From contig CAVTTL010000001.1 in NCBI GenBank assembly GCA_963737635.1, forward strand, positions 448,001 through 512,000: 64,000 nt of DNA, in the 5' to 3' direction. Below the pieces are notes generated by a model, which worked only from the letters and a program-made list of their open reading frames with translations, did not search any database and was not told where the DNA came from. Made by a program: the position numbers and the translations under genes. Of the stretch, positions 42,622 to 52,102 are shown piece after piece (within the stretch, counting starts at the first letter, position 1; every line of letters starts with the position of its first letter). Origin of the DNA: an uncultured Methanoregulaceae archaeon. Its GTDB lineage: Archaea > Halobacteriota > Methanomicrobia > Methanomicrobiales > Methanospirillaceae.

Positions 42622-43266
42622 TTATTTGATCCGGATATTTACCCAGCTCGGGATACCGCCCACGATCCGTTCCGTGAACGCATACTTGTTCTTGAGAGAA
42701 ACTGAGAAAATCCGCCGTTCCGGAATACTGACGTAACTGTGGTCCCGGCACCAGCGTTCAAATCGCTCGTAGAGTTCGTCCTTAGCAATAATCGCATCGG
42801 GACTCTCTTCCGACTCCCGGATGATCCTGGTACTCACAAACCGCGGTATTGCTTCTACTTTTTTCCCCGTTCTCCCGGTCTTTGGTTTCGTACCGGCAGG
42901 TACTACGGGAGGTGCAGCGGGAGGCAGAGGGGCTACTTCCCGGGGTTTTGTCGCTACCGGGCCCTTCTTCTCTTTTTTCTCCCTGAGCACTTTACCTGGC
43001 ACCGTGGGATCTTCTGCGTTGATAACCGGCGGTGATGCCGGGGCTTGAATTGATTGCTTTACCGGTCCATCCGGTGCGACGATCACCTTGGACTCAACTG
43101 GCCGGTGCAGCGGGGGACGGTATTCTATTTCCAGACGTTGTGCGAGCGCCCGGTTACATTCCTCGCTGATATCCAGGCGTTCTCTCTCCGCTGCCGCAAT
43201 AATATCGGACCGGAGCAGCACCGGCACCTGCTGCCAACCGTATCCTGCAGTCTTACCCGCTCCCAT
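42622..43266 (-). CDS. Putative DNA-binding protein (small N-domain, Pro-rich linker, winged-helix-like C-domain)
   Basis: V.LRSD....A....LDISEECNRAL N-terminus; KDELYERFERWC...R.FS..L C-terminus. Confidence 0.65.
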   Translation of the reverse strand: MGAGKTAGYGWQQVPVLLRSDIIAAAERERLDISEECNRALAQRLEIEYRPPLHRPVESKVIVAPDGPVKQSIQAPASPPVINAEDPTVPGKVLREKKEKKGPVATKPREVAPLPPAAPPVVPAGTKPKTGRTGKKVEAIPRFVSTRIIRESEESPDAIIAKDELYERFERWCRDHSYVSIPERRIFSVSLKNKYAFTERIVGGIPSWVNIRIK

Positions 43267-43348
43267 AGGTTCACCCTATGTTCTCTGGTATGTTCCGGGA
43301 AATATAGTACGCGAAACACGTGCAAATTTAGTACCGGTACAGACCGGT

Positions 43349-44116
43349 TTAATGCGCTTTTGCACTCAGCCGCTGGTCGTAGATCCGGATAGCACGGAGC
43401 AGGTCGACCTTCCGGAAGAGTGGCCAATACGGGGCACAGAAGTAGACTGCAGATTCGTGGCCATTGGCAAGCCAAGGCAGGAAATTGGAGGTACGGTATT
43501 CGTTCCCGGTTCGTATGATAAGATCGACAGGTGGGATCTCTTTTCCTTCATGGAGGTGGGATTCCACCAGCCCGATATCGATTGCCTCCGGTAAAATCTT
43601 TCCCTCGCGCACAGCTGATACGATCTCCCGGGCGGCAAGGACGATCTCGTTTCTCCCTCCATACGCTAACGCAACACTGAGAGTAAACCCGTCGTAATTT
43701 TTGGTCGTCTCTTCTGCAGCCTCTATGGCGATCCGCAGATCGTCGGGGAGGAGCGATCGGTCGCCAACCATCTGGATGCGTATCCGGTACCGGTGCACCC
43801 GTTCATCGGAGATAGTGCGGATAAATTTCTCTTTAAAAAGCAGAAACAGCTCCCGGATCTCTTCTTCGGTCCGGTTGAAATTTTCCGTCGAGAACGAATA
43901 GACGGTGATATACCGGATACCCAGGTCATGGGCCCAGTCCAGCATCTCCTCTGTCTTATCCGCCCCGGCCCGGTGGCCCTCTGCAGTATTGATTCCCGTC
44001 TCCTTTGCAAACCGCCGGTTGCCATCCTGGATAATGGCGATATGGGTCGGGATCTGCGCGCACTGCATCAACAGGTACCGCTCATACAGCGGGAGAAGAA
44101 GATCGCGGAAGTTCAC
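43349..44116 (-). CDS. uppS: Polyprenyl (undecaprenyl) diphosphate synthase, catalytic subunit
   Basis: HIAIIQDGNRR, YSFSTENF, YGGRNEI, DLIIRTG..RTSNFL. Confidence 0.95.
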   Translation of the reverse strand: MNFRDLLLPLYERYLLMQCAQIPTHIAIIQDGNRRFAKETGINTAEGHRAGADKTEEMLDWAHDLGIRYITVYSFSTENFNRTEEEIRELFLLFKEKFIRTISDERVHRYRIRIQMVGDRSLLPDDLRIAIEAAEETTKNYDGFTLSVALAYGGRNEIVLAAREIVSAVREGKILPEAIDIGLVESHLHEGKEIPPVDLIIRTGNEYRTSNFLPWLANGHESAVYFCAPYWPLFRKVDLLRAIRIYDQRLSAKAH

Positions 44117-45104
44117 AGTGGCGTCACCTCCACGACCATACCACCGTCAGGATAGCGCTCGACCACCGATTTTTTGCCGGGAATTTTGTCTTTGTATTCT
44201 TCGAGAAGCCACCATGCTGTTTCGACCCGGTCGCCACAGTCGCAGAAGGCCTCCTCTTCAAGGAAGGTCCTGCACCGGGCGACGACGGCGTCCCGGGTAC
44301 TGGGTGGAGTTCCAGCACGCCGTATACGATCGTCCCGTCTTCTGTCACTTCATCGAATGACCGTGCTGTGTTCACGGCGACACGCTTAAGACGTTCCCGG
44401 AGCTGCACCGAGTCCTTGAACGAAGAGGCGCACCAGTGAACTTTTTCCTGCTTTACAGGCTCATCCGCCCATTCCCGTGCCCCACAGACGGCGTTATGGA
44501 TTCCGTCGGCCAGTTCGTAGCCGCGCTCCCGCATATCGTCGGCATTAGTCTCTCCCCATTCAAGTTCATTGATATTTAAAAAATCCAAGTACGGGAGCGC
44601 CGGGACGAGCAGCTCCAGCCCGGGGAGAGCCGGGACCTCGACGCCGATATCAAACCCCATATCTCTCGCAGACTTCGCTGACGTGATAAAGTCTGTATCG
44701 CAGATGTGATCCCAGCACTCCCGGGGCGGATGGAGCCGGATCTCGTCTACCAGCCCGATAAGTTGGGCCAATTCCGTTTTCGTCGGTGCCTGCGCTGTAT
44801 AGAGGTGAATATGATGCTCTTTGCCGAAATGGTCCTTGAGAAGTTTACCATACTGTGTGACCCTGTCGATGCAGAGTAGCGGTTCCCCGCCAGTGATGCC
44901 GGTTCCGAGCGCGCTCATGCGCTCTGCGATCCCGATTACCTGTTGTGGGGTATCGATCCTATGTTCATTTGCAAAGACTACGTCCTTTCCTTTCCGTTCG
45001 CTGGAGAGAGGGCAGTACCAGCAGGAGCGGCGGCAGCGTCCCGTAACAAAGAGTACCATCTTTGCGCCTTGGTAACAGAACGTGCAGCCTTTCGCGAGAG
45101 TCAT
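44113..45104 (-). CDS. Radical SAM protein (archaeal PFL-activase-related family; frameshift near C-terminus)
   Basis: GC..C..GAKMVLFVTG.CRRSCWYC, TGGEP, NINELE; the corrected end ...ERYPDGGMVVEVTPL* overlaps the uppS start. Confidence 0.88.
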
Positions 45105-45110
45105 TTTTAT

Positions 45111-45235
45111 GCCTGCCGGGATCCGGAAACGCGTACGGTCTCCAGAAGATTGCGTAGTACGTTGGTGCAGGGAATTCAAAACCCTTCTTGAGGTGTCCCG
45201 AGATGCCTCCGGAAGAACCAAAGGCCCCGGTGAGT
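45111..45235. ncRNA. Candidate structured leader/ncRNA upstream of the radical SAM gene
   Basis: GCCGGG/CCCGGT closing stem, GAGGTGTC-ccga-GATGCCTC hairpin, AGGG/CCCT and GCGTAC/GTACGT stems between the TATA region (45266-45290) and the ATG at 45104. Confidence 0.3.
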
Positions 45236-45380
45236 GTAGATTCGATCCAGAATCCGGACAGCAGTTATTTAAATACAATATATATATTCACTGGTACGCC
45301 GGACAGATCCGCTGTCAGCATTCCCTGAAGCCTATGTGCAGGCCCTGAGGAGAGTACTGGCACTCTGTCGGGATCCAGCG

Positions 45381-47090
45381 ATGATCGATCTTCCACTTAC
45401 CTCGTTTGCCCTGATGAGGGCCGTTATAGAAAATCTTACGATTATCGCCACCTTGGTTCTTCTCTATAATTTCATACCCGATTCCCTTCTTTCACGATCG
45501 AAACTGGTCTTCTCGCTCTGGGTAGGTCTCATCTTCGGCCTTGCCGCTGCCATTAGCATCCCGTCTCTCTGGCAAACAGCGGGAGCTCCTGCCATAGGCC
45601 TCAATATTATGCTTGTCCCGCTTGCCGGCTTTATTGCAGGGCCGGTCTCGACGGTGGTCGTTGCCGGAGTCCTCCTCCTTGGAAGTTATGCCTCAAGCGG
45701 ATCTCTCTCCATCGTAGAGATCGTAATGGTGATTGTGGGCATCCTGCTTGGGACCCTCTTTTATTTTTTCCGGACCTGGAACAGGTTTCCCCGATCCTAT
45801 TTCGTCCAGATCATCTTTCTTGGCGCTGGTGTAGCGCTTATGGAAATGGGTTTATTGGCCCTCAGGTCTCTTGTGGAGAGGTCTTCTGGCCCGCTTTTTG
45901 GTATGTCTCCGTTCCTAGCGTCCCTCTTTTTGTTTGGCATCAGCTGGGCAGGTACCGTCATTATCGGGCTTATTATCGTCTTTATCGACCGGAAAAAACA
46001 GACGGAGAAGGAACTTATAAGATACGAGGCTCATCTTGAAAGTATTGTAAAGGAACGAACGGTGGAACTCCGTCAGTTAAACTCTCTCCAGCGAGCAACG
46101 ATCGAGGCCACGGCAGATGGGATTGTGGTCACGGATAGAGATGACGTGATTCGTGCGTATAACCGGAAAGCTGCCTGGATCCTGAACATTCCGGTTCAGC
46201 CTCCCCCGGATCTCCAGAAAGGCTGGGGAGATCACATCTTGGCGTCTCTTTCCGATCCCGAGGAGGTGGTCCGGCTCATTCGATCGTTACCGGATTCCGC
46301 CGAAAAGATCGTCACCACCGATATGAAATTTGCCAGCGGGAGGATCTATGAACTGTATGTCCACCCCCAGAAAATTGGTGACAGAATAGTTGGGAGGGTC
46401 TGGAGCCTCCATGACGTCACTGACCAGCGTCTGGCAGAAGATGCACTCAGAACGGCGAACAGCAAGATGGTCACGCTTGCAGAGGTAGCCAGCCATGACA
46501 TCCTCAACCAGATGACAGCGCTTTCGGCTTATCTCGATCTTCTCGCTGAGAAACCCAACGACACCACCGCCTCAAATTATCTGGATACTATGAAAAAGAT
46601 CCTCGAGGTGATCAGGCTCCAGATTGAGTTCACCCATGATTATCAGGAACTTGGGATCAAGGAACCTTCATGGCGGGACATCAGAAACGCCTTTGATACC
46701 GCTGCGAAACCGTTTGCTGACCACCCTATCGTTTTTACGTGCGATACCGGGCAGCTCGAAATCTATGCCGACGCCCTGATCGAACGGGTTTTCTACAACC
46801 TCATCGACAATTCGATCCGGCACGGCGGATCAGTATCCGCAATACGACTGTCGGTCGAAAAAGCCGATCCTGATCTCATTCTTGTCTACGCGGATGACGG
46901 TGTTGGCATCCCCTTAGAGGAGAAAGAGAAAATTTTCCTCAAAGGCTTTGGTAAGCACACCGGTCTCGGGATGTTCCTGATAAAAGAGATACTTTCGATC
47001 ACCGGCATGACCATACGGGAAACCGGGACGTTTCAGCGGGGCGTCCATTTTGAGATACGAGTGCCGGCCGGCAAATTCCGTTTTGCATGA
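45381..47090 (+). CDS. Membrane sensor histidine kinase (multi-TM input, PAS, HisKA/HATPase)
   Basis: About six TM segments, EATADGI PAS, SHDILNQ H-box, NLIDNSIRH, DDGVGI, GLGMFL. Confidence 0.93.
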   Translation: MIDLPLTSFALMRAVIENLTIIATLVLLYNFIPDSLLSRSKLVFSLWVGLIFGLAAAISIPSLWQTAGAPAIGLNIMLVPLAGFIAGPVSTVVVAGVLLLGSYASSGSLSIVEIVMVIVGILLGTLFYFFRTWNRFPRSYFVQIIFLGAGVALMEMGLLALRSLVERSSGPLFGMSPFLASLFLFGISWAGTVIIGLIIVFIDRKKQTEKELIRYEAHLESIVKERTVELRQLNSLQRATIEATADGIVVTDRDDVIRAYNRKAAWILNIPVQPPPDLQKGWGDHILASLSDPEEVVRLIRSLPDSAEKIVTTDMKFASGRIYELYVHPQKIGDRIVGRVWSLHDVTDQRLAEDALRTANSKMVTLAEVASHDILNQMTALSAYLDLLAEKPNDTTASNYLDTMKKILEVIRLQIEFTHDYQELGIKEPSWRDIRNAFDTAAKPFADHPIVFTCDTGQLEIYADALIERVFYNLIDNSIRHGGSVSAIRLSVEKADPDLILVYADDGVGIPLEEKEKIFLKGFGKHTGLGMFLIKEILSITGMTIRETGTFQRGVHFEIRVPAGKFRFA

Positions 47091-47213
47091 TAGTACCGAG
47101 AGATGGTACCTGGGATATACAAACGTAGCCGCCCGCGACACTCATGGGATACAATCCAAGATCCCCTCAGGTGTGTGACAACTATTCATATCAGAAACGG
47201 CAAAGGGATCTGT

Positions 47214-47510
47214 ATGACCGGACAGGAAATATCGGTAAATATTCCTCCGACGCTCGATCCTGTGTATAGTAACATGATTCAGATCGCGTACAAAGATGAT
47301 GAATTCACGTTTGTATTCCTCCACCAGCTACCGCAGGTCAATCAGGCACGTGCTAAAGCAATCGTTTCCATAACGCCAGCGCATGCAAAGAACCTTCTTG
47401 CCGTGCTCCAGAAGACCGTGGCTGATTATGAAGGGAAGTTCGGGACAATCTCGCCGGCAAAAGAGCCTCATGCCCCGGACAGCGTAACCACACTCCGCGG
47501 GTATTCATAG
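47214..47510 (+). CDS. DUF3467-like small protein
   Basis: PVYSN...EF.F.F...A.AIVSITPAHAK.L...L...YE.KFG.I pattern. Confidence 0.75.
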   Translation: MTGQEISVNIPPTLDPVYSNMIQIAYKDDEFTFVFLHQLPQVNQARAKAIVSITPAHAKNLLAVLQKTVADYEGKFGTISPAKEPHAPDSVTTLRGYS

Positions 47511-47576
47511 AATCCTGCAAGCAGCCTTCCAAACACAGATTTTATTAGCGTACAGGTCGATATTGTGAGGCAGTGC

Positions 47577-47648
47577 GCCGCCGTGGCTTAGCGGCATAGC
47601 GGCTGATTCGTAATCAGCAGGTCGAGGGTTCAATTCCCTCCGGCGGCT
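47577..47648 (+). tRNA. tRNA-Thr(CGT), intronless, CCA not encoded
   Basis: Acceptor stem GCCGCCG/CGGCGGC, anticodon arm GCTGA-TTCGTAA-TCAGC, T-arm GAGGG-TTCAATT-CCCTC; TTTATTA about 35 nt upstream. Confidence 0.97.
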
Positions 47649-47864
47649 TCCTTCGCGCAGGTTGAAATCCCTACAAAACCGTTTCTCAGGGCAACCTTTT
47701 CCCTAACCTCGATAACAGGTATATCGGGACAACAAATGCGTACACTACTGGCACCTAACCGGCACATGCGGCCATATCATAACGCAAAGAGTATATACGC
47801 CGAGGTTTCTGACGATGAAACCAGACCGGTGCTCACCGTAAAAAATCGTTAGAACTAAAAAGAA

Positions 47865-48149
47865 CTATTTTTTCAGTTCTTCGCTTATCTTCTGGAATTG
47901 CTCGCTCGTGATCTCGCCTTTCGCATACCGCTCTTTCAGTATATCCAGCGCGGTCTTTTCACCCGGACCGGCTTTTTGTGCATCAGTCTCCCGGAGAATA
48001 ATATAGATTATCAGCGAGATGATCCCGATCATCGGGATGATGATAAGGATGAACCAGATCAGCCCATTCATCCCCCGCGAGTTTGCATCCCTGTACACAA
48101 AATACCCGATGATGATGAACACAACCAGCCAGAAGAGCATCATGCCCAT
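47865..48149 (-). CDS. SHOCT-domain membrane protein
   Basis: Two TM segments, VYRDANSRGM, ALDILKERYAKGEIT.EQF; a Gly/Met-rich N-terminal extension is cut by an in-frame TGA at 48189-48191. Confidence 0.85.
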   Translation of the reverse strand: MGMMLFWLVVFIIIGYFVYRDANSRGMNGLIWFILIIIPMIGIISLIIYIILRETDAQKAGPGEKTALDILKERYAKGEITSEQFQKISEELKK

Positions 48150-48364
48150 ACCAAAGAACGGGAGACCATACCCTCCATCCCATCCACCTCACATGGTATT
48201 CATCATGTATGCCATACCGCAGGCAATGCATTCGGACCCAATAAAGATTCTGACCGGTGTCATTATTTTTTTGGCGAACTTTGCATCATTTTCGTGATTT
48301 AAGAGCATCCCGCCATAACATCCTGCACTATGCAATAGAAGCGCGAAGGGTGCACGTCGTGGAG

Positions 48365-48820
48365 ACCTGATTGTCCATATTGCGGCCGTTTCGCCAAACT
48401 GAATCACATGCCCTTTCATCGCTGTTATAAGCTCATGTTTGTTGGATCCGGCAGCGAGATCAAGCATCGTATTCAACCCATACACCTTGAACAGGTACCG
48501 TATCATCTGGCCATGTGGAGGACACGGCCCCGTATATCCGAGGGTCCCATAGTCCGTGACGCCCTGCACAGCCGGGATAGGTGAAGTGACCCTTCCTCCG
48601 GGCGGGATTCCAGGAGGGATCTGTTGCACAGGGGGGGGATGTTCCAGACAATCCATGGGGTGAAAGAACAACAGGATTTTTCGAACGGGTTAAAGATCAT
48701 AACTGCAACTGATGATGCATTCAACCCCTTGAGGATAAGGCGGGGAGACAGATTTCCACCATCGCATGTATGGGTGGGTGGGAATTCGAGAAAATCCAAT
48801 GAGACAATAAGTCGCTCCAT
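48365..48820 (-). CDS. YbhB/YbcL (PEBP-like) protein, frameshift in G8 run at 48631; 3' end uncertain
   Basis: HTCDGGNLSP, WIVWNIP, GYTGPCPP, YLFKVYGL. Confidence 0.82.
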
Positions 48821-49030
48821 TACTATAAAATCGGACAACCAACAATAAATCCTTCCTTTCCTGCACCCACCCGCGATTCGCCCGTGAGATCTTGTTTCAA
48901 AATATGTCTCAAAGGATGATAAACGGGACAAATACTATGAATCAGCATGGTAAGTGTTCCTCTTGGCTAAAGAGGGAAAAAACAGTCTTTAATGGAGTTT
49001 TCCCAAAAGTAAATTGGAGGAGACAAAATC

Positions 49031-49285
49031 ATGATCACGGTAAAGAAAAGGGATGGCCGTAAGGAGCCGTTTGTAGCCGAAAAGATTGTGGTCAGTGCCA
49101 TAAAGACCGGCGCACCGCCGGATGTGGCACGAACCATTGCCCACGGGATCGAACAGAGCGCAACTGATGGCATCTCCACGAAGGAGCTCAAGGGCAAAGT
49201 GCTCGGGATGCTCAAAGCGAAAAATCCTGAATGGGAAAGGAACTGGATGGTCTTTGATACTGCGGTAAAAAAGAGGCCGGAATAA
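49031..49285 (+). CDS. Stand-alone ATP-cone domain protein
   Basis: VKKRDGRKEPF..EKI...ISTKEL; GGAGG RBS. Confidence 0.88.
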   Translation: MITVKKRDGRKEPFVAEKIVVSAIKTGAPPDVARTIAHGIEQSATDGISTKELKGKVLGMLKAKNPEWERNWMVFDTAVKKRPE

Positions 49286-49310
49286 GTGGAGACAGAGGGG
49301 GGATTGTAAT

Positions 49311-49523
49311 ATGCCATACCGATGGAAAACAAAAACCGATGCTGACGAAGCCATTGTCGTAATAATGAATGTTCTTGACAAGAATCCCGATCTGCCGAAC
49401 TGGCTGATCGTTACGCTCAATGGCTCAGTAGCTGACTCGGATAAAAAAATTGTCAAGTATTTCTTCGAAGAAGTAAAGAAACACGCCCCTAAAGCCCTCA
49501 AATATTTTGAATCCCGCGAGTAG
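49311..49523 (+). CDS. Hypothetical 70-aa helical protein
   Basis: RBS GAGGGGG, co-oriented with the ATP-cone gene, followed by hairpin AAAGAG/CTCTTT and a T-run. Confidence 0.65.
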   Translation: MPYRWKTKTDADEAIVVIMNVLDKNPDLPNWLIVTLNGSVADSDKKIVKYFFEEVKKHAPKALKYFESRE

Positions 49524-49583
49524 AAAGAGGGATCTCTTTTTTATCGAAGACCGGGAAATACCTGCCTATAAGGGACAAGGGTT

Positions 49584-50630
49584 ATGCCGGATAAGATTAA
49601 TGTCGGGATCATAGGTCTGGGCACCAAGGGGATGCTCCGGAAATCGATAATAGAAAATCACCCTGAGCTCAACCTGGTCGCCATAAGTGATGCCCACCGG
49701 CCGAATATGCCCCGGACGGAAACCTACCGCTATTACGAGGATTACCGGAAGCTTCTGGATTCCGGGATCGATGCGGTTTTTGTCGCCCCCCAGAATAAAT
49801 ACCGGCCAAAGGTCGCGATCGAAGCCCTGAACCGGGCGCTGCACGTCTTTTGTGAAATGCCACCGGGCAGGACCGTAAAAGATGTAGAGAATATTATAGC
49901 CGCAGAAAAAAAGGCCAAAGGATCTGTGCTCAGTTTTGGTTTTACCTACCGGTTCCATGGGGCCGTACTGAAAGCACAAAAATTAATAAAGACGGGTACG
50001 TACGGGAAAATCCTGTGGATGAAAGGTGTCTATGGGAAATCCGGGGGGAAAGATTTTGAGAGTATATGGCAGAGCAACCGGGAGTGGGCAGGAGGGGGGA
50101 TCCTGCTCGATCAGGGAATCCATATGGTCGACCTGTTCCTGTTCTTTGCGGGAAATTTTACCGAAGTGAAAAGTTTTGTTACCACGTCGTTCTGGAATAT
50201 CCCACTGGAAGATAACGCATTTGCCCTGTTACGCAACTCCCAAAACCAGGTTGCGATGATCCACGCTTCTTCGACCCACTGGAAAAACAAATACTCCTTT
50301 GAAATCTGCCTTGAGAACGGCTTCATCGTCATTCGGGGTGATCTCTCTCCCACCGGGGACTACGGCCCCACTGAAAAACTGATCGTCTCACCCCGGCAAC
50401 TTGAAGATAAGAGAAATACCCCCGGGGCAAGTGCAGAATTGGTAACCCATTTCAAAACTGACACCGCGTGGGTACATGAGGTGGAGGCGTTTGTTGATCG
50501 CATCCACGGCGGTACAACGACACAAAACGGAACCTCCGGCGATACCCTGAAGGCAATGAAACTGGTTGATCGGATATATCACAAGGATACGTCATGGTGG
50601 AACCGGTGGAACTTGTCTGCCGCACAATAA
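49584..50630 (+). CDS. Gfo/Idh/MocA family oxidoreductase
   Basis: GIIGLG, HVFCEMP (EKP variant), GGGILLDQGIHMVD. Confidence 0.92.
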   Translation: MPDKINVGIIGLGTKGMLRKSIIENHPELNLVAISDAHRPNMPRTETYRYYEDYRKLLDSGIDAVFVAPQNKYRPKVAIEALNRALHVFCEMPPGRTVKDVENIIAAEKKAKGSVLSFGFTYRFHGAVLKAQKLIKTGTYGKILWMKGVYGKSGGKDFESIWQSNREWAGGGILLDQGIHMVDLFLFFAGNFTEVKSFVTTSFWNIPLEDNAFALLRNSQNQVAMIHASSTHWKNKYSFEICLENGFIVIRGDLSPTGDYGPTEKLIVSPRQLEDKRNTPGASAELVTHFKTDTAWVHEVEAFVDRIHGGTTTQNGTSGDTLKAMKLVDRIYHKDTSWWNRWNLSAAQ

Positions 50631-50637
50631 GGAAAAA

Positions 50638-51102
50638 TCATCGGTTGTATATTGCAATTGCCTGACCACCGTATTGTACCATATGCCCTTTCATCGCGTC
50701 CTCGAGGGCATCCCTCTTCGAACCTGCAGGAATTGCCAGCTTCGCATCAAGCCCATACACGTTGATGTAGTAGGTATGCGTCTCACCAGGAGGCGGACAG
50801 GGGCCCCGGTACCCGATCGTGCCGAAATCATTGGTCCCCTGGACTGCCGTGAAAGGATCACTAATTACTGAGGTCTTTGGAATGTTTGCCGGTATAGTTG
50901 CCCGTGGTTCAATGTCCCACATCAGACAATGGGTGAAGTGTTCCGAAGGTCCGATCCAATCGTCAATAATAACAGCGAGATACGGGGAGTGGATCCGGTC
51001 AATATGAATCACGGGAGATATATCCTCGCCGTCACAGGTGTGTTGTCGGGGAAAAACACCTTTGTCGAAATCGATGCTGATGAAAAGGTTCTCGGTCTCC
51101 AT
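50638..51102 (-). CDS. YbhB/YbcL (PEBP-like) protein
   Basis: HTCDGEDISP, QGTNDFG..GYRGPCPP..HTY..VYGLD. Confidence 0.9.
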   Translation of the reverse strand: METENLFISIDFDKGVFPRQHTCDGEDISPVIHIDRIHSPYLAVIIDDWIGPSEHFTHCLMWDIEPRATIPANIPKTSVISDPFTAVQGTNDFGTIGYRGPCPPPGETHTYYINVYGLDAKLAIPAGSKRDALEDAMKGHMVQYGGQAIAIYNR

Positions 51103-51313
51103 CTTCTGTCGCTCCTGCCTTTTCTCTATAAGGTGGGGGATGAATGACCCTGAATTACTATGTCATTCCATAATCCTATGCCGGGTTTACAAAATCTGTA
51201 ACATTGGGTGAAAGATATAAAAGATCCCGGATATCCTTGGCATGTTTTCATTTTCCGGGATCTTCCGATATGTTGATGAGTTCCCTCTGCAATATGCCGC
51301 AGAGGAGACGAGA

Positions 51314-51544
51314 ATGGTAAACATTGATGAGTCTGTCGCTAACCTTGAAATCTGCGGAAGGTTTTGTGGATCCTGTCCGGTGTACGCAGCGAATAATCTG
51401 AAAAACGGTAAACCCTCCCTGCTCTTCTGTGGCAGGGGTGGATCCACAAAGGCACCTCAAGAGAAAAAAGAAGGGTGCAACTGCCTGAAGTGTGGCGTAC
51501 ATACGCGATACAAGCTCGACAGCGACTACTATTGTATGAAATAA
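51314..51544 (+). CDS. Cys-rich small protein (DUF2769-like)
   Basis: C...C..CP.Y...LFC..G.S...GC.C..C.V...YYC; GAGGAG RBS. Confidence 0.8.
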   Translation: MVNIDESVANLEICGRFCGSCPVYAANNLKNGKPSLLFCGRGGSTKAPQEKKEGCNCLKCGVHTRYKLDSDYYCMK

Positions 51545-51665
51545 TGATTCAGTAGAAGATATGGTTACGATAAAACGGACTATCGACTTACTGGAACGCG
51601 ATATTTAGTGGCTAAAAAATGCCATACCCAAACCATTAACCATCTGACGCTCCTATTATATAACG

Positions 51666-51890
51666 GTGATTTTATTGGAGAGACAGTCCGTTAAGTCATG
51701 TATTCTGCGCTCCGTGGGGTATGATGATGCCAAAAAAAATCTGGAGATCGAATTTCACTCAGGACTTGTATTCCAGTACTCAGGTGTCCCTTCAAAAGTC
51801 TATACCGATCTTATAAATTCAAGCGCGGTCGGGAAATACTTCTCTGAAAAGGTCCGGAACCGGTTCCGGACAAAACAGATGGTCGCATAA
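51666..51890 (+). CDS. KTSC domain protein
   Basis: V.S..LRSVGYD....LEIEF.SG..FQY.GVP..VY..L..S...GKYF. Confidence 0.92.
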   Translation: MILLERQSVKSCILRSVGYDDAKKNLEIEFHSGLVFQYSGVPSKVYTDLINSSAVGKYFSEKVRNRFRTKQMVA

Positions 51891-52102
51891 ACCATCTGGT
51901 AAAAAATTTTTTTGTTTTTTGCCGGCGTACAGGACCGGATCCTTTAAAAAATAGATTCTCTAGAGATCCTCAATCATCTCACTAGTTGTTTCATAAACTA
52001 ATTCTTAAGAGAGATCTTTTAATTTCCTTCGGCAATACGGAAAAATAAAATGCCGTTTCTATTTCCGTCGCCAAAATACGGATAGTATCAGAGGTAAAGA
52101 GT

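Noticed and set aside
45153-45185. Minus-strand AGGG-TTTTGAAT-TCCCT-GCACCA looking like a tRNA 3' end
   Set aside because: No acceptor stem, D arm or anticodon arm can be formed.
47805-47822. CTGACGA...GAAAC resembling a hammerhead ribozyme core
   Set aside because: Only one base separates the two motifs, so there is no stem II; it is just a GGTTTC/GAAACC hairpin.
47736-47852. 38-aa ORF after the tRNA as a possible integrase remnant
   Set aside because: No recognisable tyrosine-recombinase motif and no other support.
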